Source of the DNA: a virus
Virus record (IMG/VR): IMGVR_UViG_3300022746_000019
Coordinates: 26,008-90,007 of that record
DNA length: 64,000 nt
Direction: 5' to 3' (one strand)
Below are positions 8,865-16,420 of the stretch, one piece after another. Numbering within the stretch: the stretch's first letter is position 1; the number at the start of each line of letters is the position of its first letter. The notes under the pieces were generated by a model. It had not been told where the DNA came from. It did no database searches and saw nothing but the letters and a program-made list of their open reading frames with translations. The position numbers were made by a program, and so were the translations under genes.

Positions 8865-9094
8865 GCCTGCTCACCATCCATAATTCTAATAGTGGCGCAC
8901 GGGTACGGCGTATCGCACACAATGCAATTTTTAATCCAAACCGGCCCAATTTGGTGAATCTTTCTAATACGCTCAAGTTTGTTAACTTGCTCGTGGAAAT
9001 GATCCAACGCCTCTAACCTCAAATCCTGCTCTTCTTCTGGCAACCACCTGCGGACGCCAGAGACGACTAAACTCCACGCTCTCCTAGTATCCAT
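8861..9094 (-). CDS. Small Zn-binding protein, same family, copy 4
   Basis: LERIRKIH...CIVC..YPCATIRIMDGE. Confidence 0.7.
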   Translation of the reverse strand: MDTRRAWSLVVSGVRRWLPEEEQDLRLEALDHFHEQVNKLERIRKIHQIGPVWIKNCIVCDTPYPCATIRIMDGEQA

Positions 9095-9102
9095 ACCTTC
9101 TC

Positions 9103-9276
9103 CTAGTCTAGGTCTGTGCCAAAATCAATGGGTGGCTTGATGGGCTCCCACAGTTTGAATACATCGTAATCAAGTATCGACCTTTTCAGCATATACCGAG
9201 TGTCGCACTCAGAGCAAACCCAGGTGTCACCCAACTTGCGCAGGAATACTCTGGGTACATCGCATACGTGTGTCAT
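9103..9276 (-). CDS. Small hypothetical protein (57 aa; HxC...CxxC)
   Basis: Own translation MTHVCDVPRVFLRKLGDTWVCSECDTRY...; ATGA overlap with the upstream gene. Confidence 0.55.
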   Translation of the reverse strand: MTHVCDVPRVFLRKLGDTWVCSECDTRYMLKRSILDYDVFKLWEPIKPPIDFGTDLD

Positions 9277-10283
9277 TTGGCCCTAAATTCCTGACCGCCG
9301 TAGACAGCTGCTCCATCCATGATGTGAATCAACTCCACTCGGAATGAACCAGATGGCTTGTACCAGACGACGCCAATCCCCTGCTGCCAGTTTTCAAACT
9401 GAGTAATTGGCTTCTCATCTAGATTGATTCCGCCCTTGTAAGAGGGCACGGTGCCATCTACGCGGCACAGACATCCCGGGCTAATTGCACCATTCATGAC
9501 AGGGCCGTCAATGGTGGAGTGGGTCTTGTACGCCTGCTCAAGCCGGTGGCTGTGCCCAAACAGGGTCGTCTGCATTGGGTTCTGGTTAATGTATTGGTAG
9601 GCAGTCGATCCGTTGGACCGGGCATTGGTGCCGTGGACGGCAATCAGCCGATTGTTCAAGTAATAACGGCTTGCTGGGTATCCTGAGGCGTAGGTAATGT
9701 TCAAATCATCGAACCGCATAAGGTGGGGGAGGCTGGTTACCGGGAACGCGTCTTCTCCAACGCGTCGCATATTGGATGCCGCGGGTGCGCGGTTCTTAAG
9801 GTACTTCTCAATCCGGCAGTCGTGGTTTCCTTCAAGGAACACGATGTCAGCGTTTGGGGCAATTGCTCGCTGAGCTGCAAAGAAATCGTGACCGGCCTTC
9901 AGGGTCTCGTTAACCGTGTTGAAAAACGAGTTCTCTTGTTCGTACTTTCCAAACATCGGCAAATCCATAGAATCTCCGAGGTTGATTACGGCATCCACCG
10001 TGAATTCATCTTGAAGGGCGGCAGTAATCTGCAAAGCTACGGAAATGGCATCCGCATCCGAGAATGGATCGAGGGTGCCATCCTCAAACTTCCTAAACCC
10101 AATCTGGGCATCGGGAAGCAGGACGGCGCAGTTCCACTCCGAGTCTTTTTTAACCCGTGACTTTGGCTTCTTCTTAGGCATGTCTGCCTTGGTCACTTGC
10201 GCTAAGGGGAGTGGGGCCGCGATGTTGGGGCTAGTCATCGCGGAACGAAGAATTTCAAGGAATTCTAAACTTACTTCTTGCAC
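9273..10283 (-). CDS. Calcineurin-like metallophosphoesterase
   Basis: PDAQIG, LGDSMD, GNHD, VHG and GHSH motifs. Confidence 0.88.
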   Translation of the reverse strand: MQEVSLEFLEILRSAMTSPNIAAPLPLAQVTKADMPKKKPKSRVKKDSEWNCAVLLPDAQIGFRKFEDGTLDPFSDADAISVALQITAALQDEFTVDAVINLGDSMDLPMFGKYEQENSFFNTVNETLKAGHDFFAAQRAIAPNADIVFLEGNHDCRIEKYLKNRAPAASNMRRVGEDAFPVTSLPHLMRFDDLNITYASGYPASRYYLNNRLIAVHGTNARSNGSTAYQYINQNPMQTTLFGHSHRLEQAYKTHSTIDGPVMNGAISPGCLCRVDGTVPSYKGGINLDEKPITQFENWQQGIGVVWYKPSGSFRVELIHIMDGAAVYGGQEFRAK

Positions 10284-10504
10284 GAGCAGTACCCTCTCAT
10301 GTGCATACGGAACAATGTAATCTTGAATGGAAGCGGTGAATGTTGGTTAAGGTCAGAAAACAAGGACGACAAGTTGATTGACTTATTCTCTTGCAATTTC
10401 TCAAACATGCTTTGCACCTCTTTGGGCTGGGATGACAGCCAAATATTCATGGCGCATCCTTCTCCCGAAGGTTGAGCAATGTACTGCTCTAGTATATCAA
10501 TCAT
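10271..10504 (-). CDS. Hypothetical protein
   Basis: AAGGAG RBS before ATG at 10504; ends HMRGYCSC. Confidence 0.6.
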   Translation of the reverse strand: MIDILEQYIAQPSGEGCAMNIWLSSQPKEVQSMFEKLQENKSINLSSLFSDLNQHSPLPFKITLFRMHMRGYCSCKK

Positions 10505-10565
10505 GGGCACTCCTTCATGGCGCATCACGGTGTGACACACAGTACCATGACATATTCACCCTAGC

Positions 10566-10600
10566 AAACAAAAACCCCCGCCGAAGCGGGGGTTTTTTGT
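10566..10600 (-). terminator. Intrinsic terminator (likely bidirectional)
   Basis: Minus strand AAAAACCCCCGC-TTCG-GCGGGGGTTTTTGTTT; cUUCGg loop with U-tracts on both strands. Confidence 0.9.
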
Positions 10601-10612
10601 CGCTAACTTAGG

Positions 10613-10945
10613 TCAGTCGAGATCCGTGTAACCAGCCTGGAAGTTCGGGGCGCTACGGTTGATTGCCGAGGTGAACAGGCGACCATTTGCGAGGGTCTGG
10701 CCTGCTGCCGGGTCAACGCCGCCGCCAACCTTCACACGGATGCCGTAACTAGCTCCTGCGCGGGTTGCGGAGCGGTTAGCCACTGGCTGGGTGGCAGGGT
10801 CGCCGCTCTGGGCGCCCTTCTTACCAACGGGCTTGGTGTTTGCGGAAGGGGCGCTGGATGCGTCTCGGACGGGAACGCCAGACTTAAGTGCTGCAGAATC
10901 CGTAGGCGCAATAGGCGACGGATTGTTGAAAGAATCATTCTTCAT
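10613..10945 (-). CDS. Hypothetical Ala/Gly/Pro-rich protein
   Basis: AAGGA RBS before ATG at 10945; followed by a terminator. Confidence 0.65.
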   Translation of the reverse strand: MKNDSFNNPSPIAPTDSAALKSGVPVRDASSAPSANTKPVGKKGAQSGDPATQPVANRSATRAGASYGIRVKVGGGVDPAAGQTLANGRLFTSAINRSAPNFQAGYTDLD

Positions 10946-11008
10946 GGTTTTCCTTTGGCCAAAGGGGTGGTAATACAAAAATACCACCTAATGAACAAAA
11001 TATCTGGC

Positions 11009-11290
11009 TTAATTGGACTTGGCTTGAACCGTAAGCACAATTGCTGAAATTTGACCTTCTCGGCTGTCAATCGAGGCAAATCCTGGGATGCAAACAAGAT
11101 CGATTCCGCGAGGGGCGGTGTATCCGCGGGCAATTGCCACTGCCTTTACCGCCTGATTTACGGCTCCAGCGCCTACCGCCCGGAGTTTGCACGCACGGCT
11201 TTCGTAGATAGCATGGGCAATAGCCGAGGCTACGGCCTGCGGGTTGGAGCCAGCGCCTACGCGCAGGACTTGTTCTTCTGTTTCTGACAT
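11009..11290 (-). CDS. spoVS: Stage V sporulation protein S family (Alba-like fold)
   Basis: LRVGAGSNPQAVASAIA...AVGAGAVNQAVKAVAIARGYTAPRGIDLVCIPGF, the SpoVS signature. Confidence 0.92.
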   Translation of the reverse strand: MSETEEQVLRVGAGSNPQAVASAIAHAIYESRACKLRAVGAGAVNQAVKAVAIARGYTAPRGIDLVCIPGFASIDSREGQISAIVLTVQAKSN

Positions 11291-11329
11291 TGTGACCTCT
11301 TATTGGGACGAATGGTGTTCGGACCCTAC

Positions 11330-11355
11330 AAGTTTGACACAATTTGTCGATAAAT
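11330..11355 (-). promoter_or_regulatory. Candidate phage promoter motif (GACA-N8-CAAACT) upstream of spoVS
   Basis: 21/26 nt identical to 63683-63708 upstream of the portal gene. Confidence 0.5.
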
Positions 11356-11360
11356 CGTCC

Positions 11361-11621
11361 TTAAATAGACTGCTTTTTGCCATTTTTGTACACATACCCC
11401 ATGTCGTAACCTTCAATAATTCTGGGGGTGAGGTACGCCAAAACTTCGCGCCAATAACAGGTGTCGCAACCACAGTACAACGCGCTGGTTACTGTCTCAA
11501 TTGTCTCGCCTGATTCCTGAACCCCGAGGACAAGCATGTCCATGTAGTCCGCGACACTTGCCTGAAGCTCTTGCGCCCACGCCCGGTTAGATACTTCGGT
11601 GAAGGGAGTATCAAATGACAT
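11361..11621 (-). CDS. Hypothetical protein
   Basis: 86 aa, YCGCDTC motif. Confidence 0.65.
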   Translation of the reverse strand: MSFDTPFTEVSNRAWAQELQASVADYMDMLVLGVQESGETIETVTSALYCGCDTCYWREVLAYLTPRIIEGYDMGYVYKNGKKQSI

Positions 11622-12189
11622 GGTCGGTCCTTTCGCGGTACTTGGGATCTGACATCAGTAGGTCCACGACTTCTTTCTCGTAAGAAGTAGCGGCGTGCTT
11701 AGACGCTAATTTAGCCAATGAGTAGGCGTCAGCGGCGTTGTCGTCAAGCAGCTCAATACCCCACTTTTTATAAACATGGAGCATGACTTGGCTCTTTTTG
11801 CTGGCGTTGCCCTTACCTGTCACATACTTTTTAAGTGATGTAGGCGGGACAATGAGTGGGTATACGCCGTAGGTATTCTTTAGGTTCATCTTTACCACCG
11901 CGCCTAATTCCCCGGCCTTGTGCGCAACTTGGGAGCCATAGGAATAACCTTCCATGGCAATGTCCAACACTTTATTACCGGCGGCCGTAATTTGCACGTG
12001 TTTCGTGGTGAGGTACTCGTAAATATCTACCAAACGGTCTACGCCTTGACCTCCAAACTGAACTACCTCTACGAAGTATGAATTATCTGAGCCGACGACG
12101 GCAAAACCAAAACCGCTGTACGACTGATCGATTCCAATTGTTACGGTTTCTCCGAGGGTTACACCTGGACCAAAGTGCTTGTATTTCAC
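11611..12189 (-). CDS. RuvC-like Holliday junction resolvase
   Basis: IGIDQS, AMEGY, VPPTSLKKYVTGKGNASK, DNAADA. Confidence 0.88.
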   Translation of the reverse strand: MKYKHFGPGVTLGETVTIGIDQSYSGFGFAVVGSDNSYFVEVVQFGGQGVDRLVDIYEYLTTKHVQITAAGNKVLDIAMEGYSYGSQVAHKAGELGAVVKMNLKNTYGVYPLIVPPTSLKKYVTGKGNASKKSQVMLHVYKKWGIELLDDNAADAYSLAKLASKHAATSYEKEVVDLLMSDPKYRERTDHVI

Positions 12190-12686
12190 GGGGTTGCCCA
12201 GTTTCCGCGTGAGCGTGCTGCTCCGCCCGAAGTTCGTCGGGTAAGTTCGCGGCTAATAAGGTTGGTATCACGCTCCGCGTTATTAGCCATGACCTCAACA
12301 AGTTTCCTGTACGCGTACTTGCCTTCATGTGCATGGGTTTGGCGCATGACTTCGGGTTCCATGGCAACCTGCACTTTCAGCAAGGTAACTGTGTCTTTGC
12401 TCCCCTTAGCTCCGTTGGCCTTAAGCAGGGCCACATTCTCTTCCCAGTTCAATTCGCGCTCAGCGGCGCGCTCGTCAATGATTGCCACAGCGAGCTGCGC
12501 GGAAAGAAAGTTCCAGTACGAGGTAAAGTGAACAAAAAGTTCCATAAGCTGTTCGTCAGAAAGATCGCTCAAGTCTGACGGAAGCGCCGGTGTGTCGATA
12601 TCAGATGATGTGGGAAAATGAAGCCCCTGTGCTTCTAGGGATTTAATCGTGTCCCAGTTATCTGAGTTAATCTTCAAGCTTGGCAT
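12186..12686 (-). CDS. Helical protein, possibly a UvsY-like recombination mediator
   Basis: GGAGG RBS before ATG at 12686; coiled-coil character; located in the recombination block (function inferred). Confidence 0.5.
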   Translation of the reverse strand: MPSLKINSDNWDTIKSLEAQGLHFPTSSDIDTPALPSDLSDLSDEQLMELFVHFTSYWNFLSAQLAVAIIDERAAERELNWEENVALLKANGAKGSKDTVTLLKVQVAMEPEVMRQTHAHEGKYAYRKLVEVMANNAERDTNLISRELTRRTSGGAARSRGNWATP

Positions 12687-13560
12687 TTTCAACCTCCAGA
12701 TAGTGGTTGCATTTAGCGCAACCAGCAACGGGGTCGATATTACACGCAGGTGGGGTGCTGTTGTCAACTGCGGCGTTAATCATCTCTACGGACTTGAACA
12801 GCTCCACAATACCGAAATCACTCTTCGGAATTACGAATTCTTTTACCTCTTGGGTAGCCTTGTTTTCGTAGATAAAAACTACTTCTTCTGGGGGATTGCT
12901 AAACCCGATAAGTTCAATCAGCTTCATGTAAATCTGCGTTTGCATAATGTGGCTATAGAAGGGGGAGTCAAACTCCGACCACATCTTCTTGATGTCACCG
13001 TTGTGCTTGTAGAACAGGTCTGGGTTTTCCCACCGGAATGACCCTTCTCCAACAGATTTAATCTCCAGAAGCAGGTCATCACCAAGTCCCTTGACCCAAC
13101 CATCAGCATGACCGCTGATACGGAGCGGCTCATATTTTAGGGGAACCTCTTTATAAGAAGCATGAGTCCCCTCGCCGCAGGCTGTGCAGGTGTCCCCGCC
13201 CATGCCCCAGGAAATGGCGTAGCAGATGTCGCACTCCCAGAGGCCGTAGAGGTTGCCCATCTGGCCAATCCAGTCCTGCCAGCGGCCATGAATGCGGTGA
13301 CCCTCCGAGAAAACCAACAACTGCTTGAGGCTAACCTTGAACTTGGACGGCGGGGGCGGGGCGCCCTGCAGCATGTAGTACTGCGCTCGGTGGCACCAAT
13401 CAGGCTTGGCCATGTCGGACGGGTGGATTACTGTATAAACTCGATCACCCGAGGCGGGTCGGGAAAGCAAGAAACGCTCCACAGAGCCGACGACCCTAGA
13501 GTTCTTATCTCTAACATCTAGGAACTTTTTAAGCGTTCCTGTCGGCTTTTGCTTCTTCAT
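12667..13560 (-). CDS. Cas4-like / PD-(D/E)xK exonuclease
   Basis: HPS..WCHR, GHRIH, GHADG..LLEIKS, QIYM and C-terminal C..CAKC (Fe-S-type Cys pattern). Confidence 0.85.
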   Translation of the reverse strand: MKKQKPTGTLKKFLDVRDKNSRVVGSVERFLLSRPASGDRVYTVIHPSDMAKPDWCHRAQYYMLQGAPPPPSKFKVSLKQLLVFSEGHRIHGRWQDWIGQMGNLYGLWECDICYAISWGMGGDTCTACGEGTHASYKEVPLKYEPLRISGHADGWVKGLGDDLLLEIKSVGEGSFRWENPDLFYKHNGDIKKMWSEFDSPFYSHIMQTQIYMKLIELIGFSNPPEEVVFIYENKATQEVKEFVIPKSDFGIVELFKSVEMINAAVDNSTPPACNIDPVAGCAKCNHYLEVENAKLED

Positions 13561-13874
13561 CTCTTACCTGCCCTAACCCATTCCTCTAATGTCGAACCGC
13601 TCTTTTCGGCTTTACGCCGCAGAGCGTTGCGCTCCCGGTGGCTCATGCCACCCCAGATACCGTGCTGCTCGTCGTTCTTTTCGGCGTACAGTAGGCAATC
13701 AACTAGCGCTTGGCATTTGGGATGCCCGTCCCTGCCGAGGCAAATGTTCTTTGCTTGATCGGCAATTTTTTTGTACAAATCTTTATCCCGCGGTGGGTAC
13801 CAAAGCTCTGGGTTGTAGTTGCGGCAATTTGCCTCACCACGCCAGGCCTCAGGGCCCTCGTCGTCGTAGTACAA
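13557..13874 (-). CDS. whiB: WhiB family transcription factor
   Basis: WRGEANC, AKNIC, four Cys, HGIWGGMSHRER. Confidence 0.92.
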   Translation of the reverse strand: MYYDDEGPEAWRGEANCRNYNPELWYPPRDKDLYKKIADQAKNICLGRDGHPKCQALVDCLLYAEKNDEQHGIWGGMSHRERNALRRKAEKSGSTLEEWVRAGKR

Positions 13875-13938
13875 AAGGTGCTCCTAGATGGTCGGTTGTT
13901 AACCTTCCTTCTCCCTAGGAGGCAGTAGTTTAGCAGCC

Positions 13939-14199
13939 TTAGTACTTATTGCGATTAGCGCTGCACCATTCGCAGGTGCACCGGCCAACCCATACATGGC
14001 CGTACCGTTTCCACAGCTGGCGGTCTTCTTCTGTAGCCTGCTTTTGCGGTTTACCTCGACGAACCCAGGTTTCTTCTGAGTAATCAGGTTCCAGCGGAAT
14101 CTTCTTCTTTTCAACAGGCTTTTCGCATTTATGCGTCAAACCACGCCACCAAACTTTGCAGTCTGGGCACTTAACGGGGGTGTTTTCGTTTACTGTCAC
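13939..14199 (-). CDS. Hypothetical Zn-binding protein
   Basis: CPDC..HKC and H..CTCEWC. Confidence 0.55.
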   Translation of the reverse strand: MTVNENTPVKCPDCKVWWRGLTHKCEKPVEKKKIPLEPDYSEETWVRRGKPQKQATEEDRQLWKRYGHVWVGRCTCEWCSANRNKY

Positions 14200-14201
14200 A
14201 A

Positions 14202-14516
14202 TTACTCCTCAAGGTTGTGCAGCAGTTCAAGGAAGTCGTTTTCTTCCAGAACCACATAGTTTTCATTGTTTAAGTGGAAACCAAATACCGGCACTCTGCC
14301 GTCAAGAATGGCTTCCTTGACTATCTTTTCCAGCTCTACGGCCTTTAGCGTGAACTGCGACTTTCCGGTCCACTTATGCTCAATAAGGAAGTCTTTAGAC
14401 CGTACATCGCCTTTGCGGCTCCAAAACGCGCCGCTGGCGGCGGTGCGCTGCCCTCCAAACGCCTTCTCAAGTCGTTTCTCGTGCTTTTGGGACTGCTTCT
14501 GGCCTTCAGACTTCAT
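14202..14516 (-). CDS. Hjc-like PD-(D/E)xK Holliday junction resolvase
   Basis: HEKR...ASGA..KGDV...LIEHK. Confidence 0.8.
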   Translation of the reverse strand: MKSEGQKQSQKHEKRLEKAFGGQRTAASGAFWSRKGDVRSKDFLIEHKWTGKSQFTLKAVELEKIVKEAILDGRVPVFGFHLNNENYVVLEENDFLELLHNLEE

Positions 14517-15568
14517 CAGTCTTCCTCAACGACATATTTAGAACCGGCCCGGACCGTCTCCAAAACTTCCTTCTCCAAAGCCTCGCGGAGATCGAGTTCT
14601 TCGCGGATAGACGCTACAAGGGCGTCTGCGCCCTGCCATTGGCGCTCTGCGTACCGGTAGTACGCTCCAGCCCTGACAATGACCTTGTTCAAAATGCCCA
14701 ACGCGACAATCTCTTTAGCGAAGTCAAAACTTCCGGGGGCTACATGGCCACCGTCAGAAAAATAGAAATCCACATAAGCAGTCTGGGACGGCGGGGCAAT
14801 CTTGTTCTTAATAGTCCGGATCTTCATGGTCTGGCCGACGCGGCGCTTTTCCTGACCGCTACCTGCCTCAATCCAATCATCGCGCTTAATCTCTACGCGG
14901 GTAAAGGCCGCGTAGTCCTTGCCCTTACCACCCGGAGTAGTACGAGGGTCGCCGTACATGACGCCAACCTTATCGCGCCACTGGTTAATCATGATTCCGA
15001 TGAACGGGCGTTCATACTCTGTCAAACTGCGCTTTGAAGCGAGGCCTACCTTGCGAAAAAACTTGTTGGTGAGCATTGCGCCGCGACCAACCGTGAACTC
15101 GCCCATGTCCTTGTCGTCCTCGGCTCCTGGAACAAGCGCGGGCAGTGAGTCAATAACGACGCAGTCGACAGCCTTTGACTCAACAAAGTCAACTACGGCG
15201 TCGTAGGCCTCTTCCATAAGGTTGGTGGACACTACGAACACGCGGTTGGTATCAACCCCGCACAATTCAGCGTAGGACGGAACCCATTGTTCTGCGGCTA
15301 CCCATACGGTGGTAAATTCGGGATCGAGCGCCTGGTTAGCGGCAATAGTCTTCAATGCAAGGGCGGTCTTTCCGTTGCTGGCTTCGCCAATCAGTTCAAC
15401 CCATTGGTTGGTGGGCCAGCCGCCGCCAAGAATCACATCTACAGCCAATGATCCGCTGGTGATTCGACCAATCAAATCGTCCCGGATTTCAGACCCATTG
15501 ACAACTGTGTCTGGGCCAAACTTCTTGTTGATTTTGGCAATGACTTTTGCAAGGTCAGGATTTGTCAT
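14516..15568 (-). CDS. recA: RecA-like recombinase
   Basis: SGSLAVDVILGGG, Walker A GEASNGKT, VVIDS, INQWRDKVGVMYGDPRTTPGG, KNK. Confidence 0.95.
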   Translation of the reverse strand: MTNPDLAKVIAKINKKFGPDTVVNGSEIRDDLIGRITSGSLAVDVILGGGWPTNQWVELIGEASNGKTALALKTIAANQALDPEFTTVWVAAEQWVPSYAELCGVDTNRVFVVSTNLMEEAYDAVVDFVESKAVDCVVIDSLPALVPGAEDDKDMGEFTVGRGAMLTNKFFRKVGLASKRSLTEYERPFIGIMINQWRDKVGVMYGDPRTTPGGKGKDYAAFTRVEIKRDDWIEAGSGQEKRRVGQTMKIRTIKNKIAPPSQTAYVDFYFSDGGHVAPGSFDFAKEIVALGILNKVIVRAGAYYRYAERQWQGADALVASIREELDLREALEKEVLETVRAGSKYVVEED

Positions 15569-15579
15569 GTTTACTCCGA

Positions 15580-15948
15580 TTAATCAATTCTACCGATGAT
15601 GGCGGTTGGGTTCCAACCACCAGTAGGGACCTGCTTTGCTGGCGCTGAGGCTCCACCGCCACTCCCAGTAATACCTACGGTTCCGGTGCCTGTCTGGGAA
15701 ATTGGGTACCCACAGTCATAGCAACGCGGGCGGGCTTCGGGAGAAGCGCTGCCGTAATTTCCACTGCCACATCCTGGGCAACGCGATGTATTAGTAGCGC
15801 TTGCTGGAAGACGCGGCGGGGCTGCCTGCTGCTCAACAGGTGCATACTGCTGCGCTGGCTGCTGGACTGGAGGAAGGTAAGGGGCTTGTGGCGCCTGAGT
15901 GGCTGGAGGGTTAGTAAGCCTCCGTGACCACCAATCTGAGTTAGTCAT
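15580..15948 (-). CDS. Pro/Gln-rich zinc-ribbon protein
   Basis: CPGCGS...CYDCG. Confidence 0.7.
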   Translation of the reverse strand: MTNSDWWSRRLTNPPATQAPQAPYLPPVQQPAQQYAPVEQQAAPPRLPASATNTSRCPGCGSGNYGSASPEARPRCYDCGYPISQTGTGTVGITGSGGGASAPAKQVPTGGWNPTAIIGRID

Positions 15949-16420
15949 CGAATGAATCCTTCATAGTACTTCCTACAAGACCGGGGTTCTTAATAATCCC
16001 AATCTCCAAGGCGGCTGAAAACGCGGCGTACAAGGCTGCGTAGGACAACGAGCTGTAGACATCGCTCAACATATCAACAATCTCTTCCTTCTCAGCATCC
16101 TGCATATCAGATTCGGAAAGAAAAATGTTCTTGCTGACCTCCATCGTGGCTTTGGCATTGATTTCTGACATCAAGGTGATGAAGTCAAGGTAAGGATCGA
16201 CGCGTTCGCGGCGAATCTCGCTAGCCATGAGCTCGGTAGTTTCTCCCTCAGAACTTGCCGGAAGGAGCCCGAAAGCTTTTGCAACAGTCTCTGGTGATGA
16301 AACCTCGGTATCATAAAGGTACCAACGGGCAATAGTTGCAACAGAAACTGCCGTGTAATCAACTTTCTTAGCCGGCTCGGTCTTGCCCCAAAACTTCCAC
16401 TTCACTTTGCTTCTCCCCAT
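15941..16420 (-). CDS. Hypothetical protein
   Basis: 159 aa, overlaps both neighbours. Confidence 0.65.
   Translation of the reverse strand: MGRSKVKWKFWGKTEPAKKVDYTAVSVATIARWYLYDTEVSSPETVAKAFGLLPASSEGETTELMASEIRRERVDPYLDFITLMSEINAKATMEVSKNIFLSESDMQDAEKEEIVDMLSDVYSSLSYAALYAAFSAALEIGIIKNPGLVGSTMKDSFDD

Noticed and set aside
12667-13560. Cas4 as evidence of a CRISPR-Cas system
   Set aside because: No array or other cas genes; solo Cas4-like nucleases are common in phages
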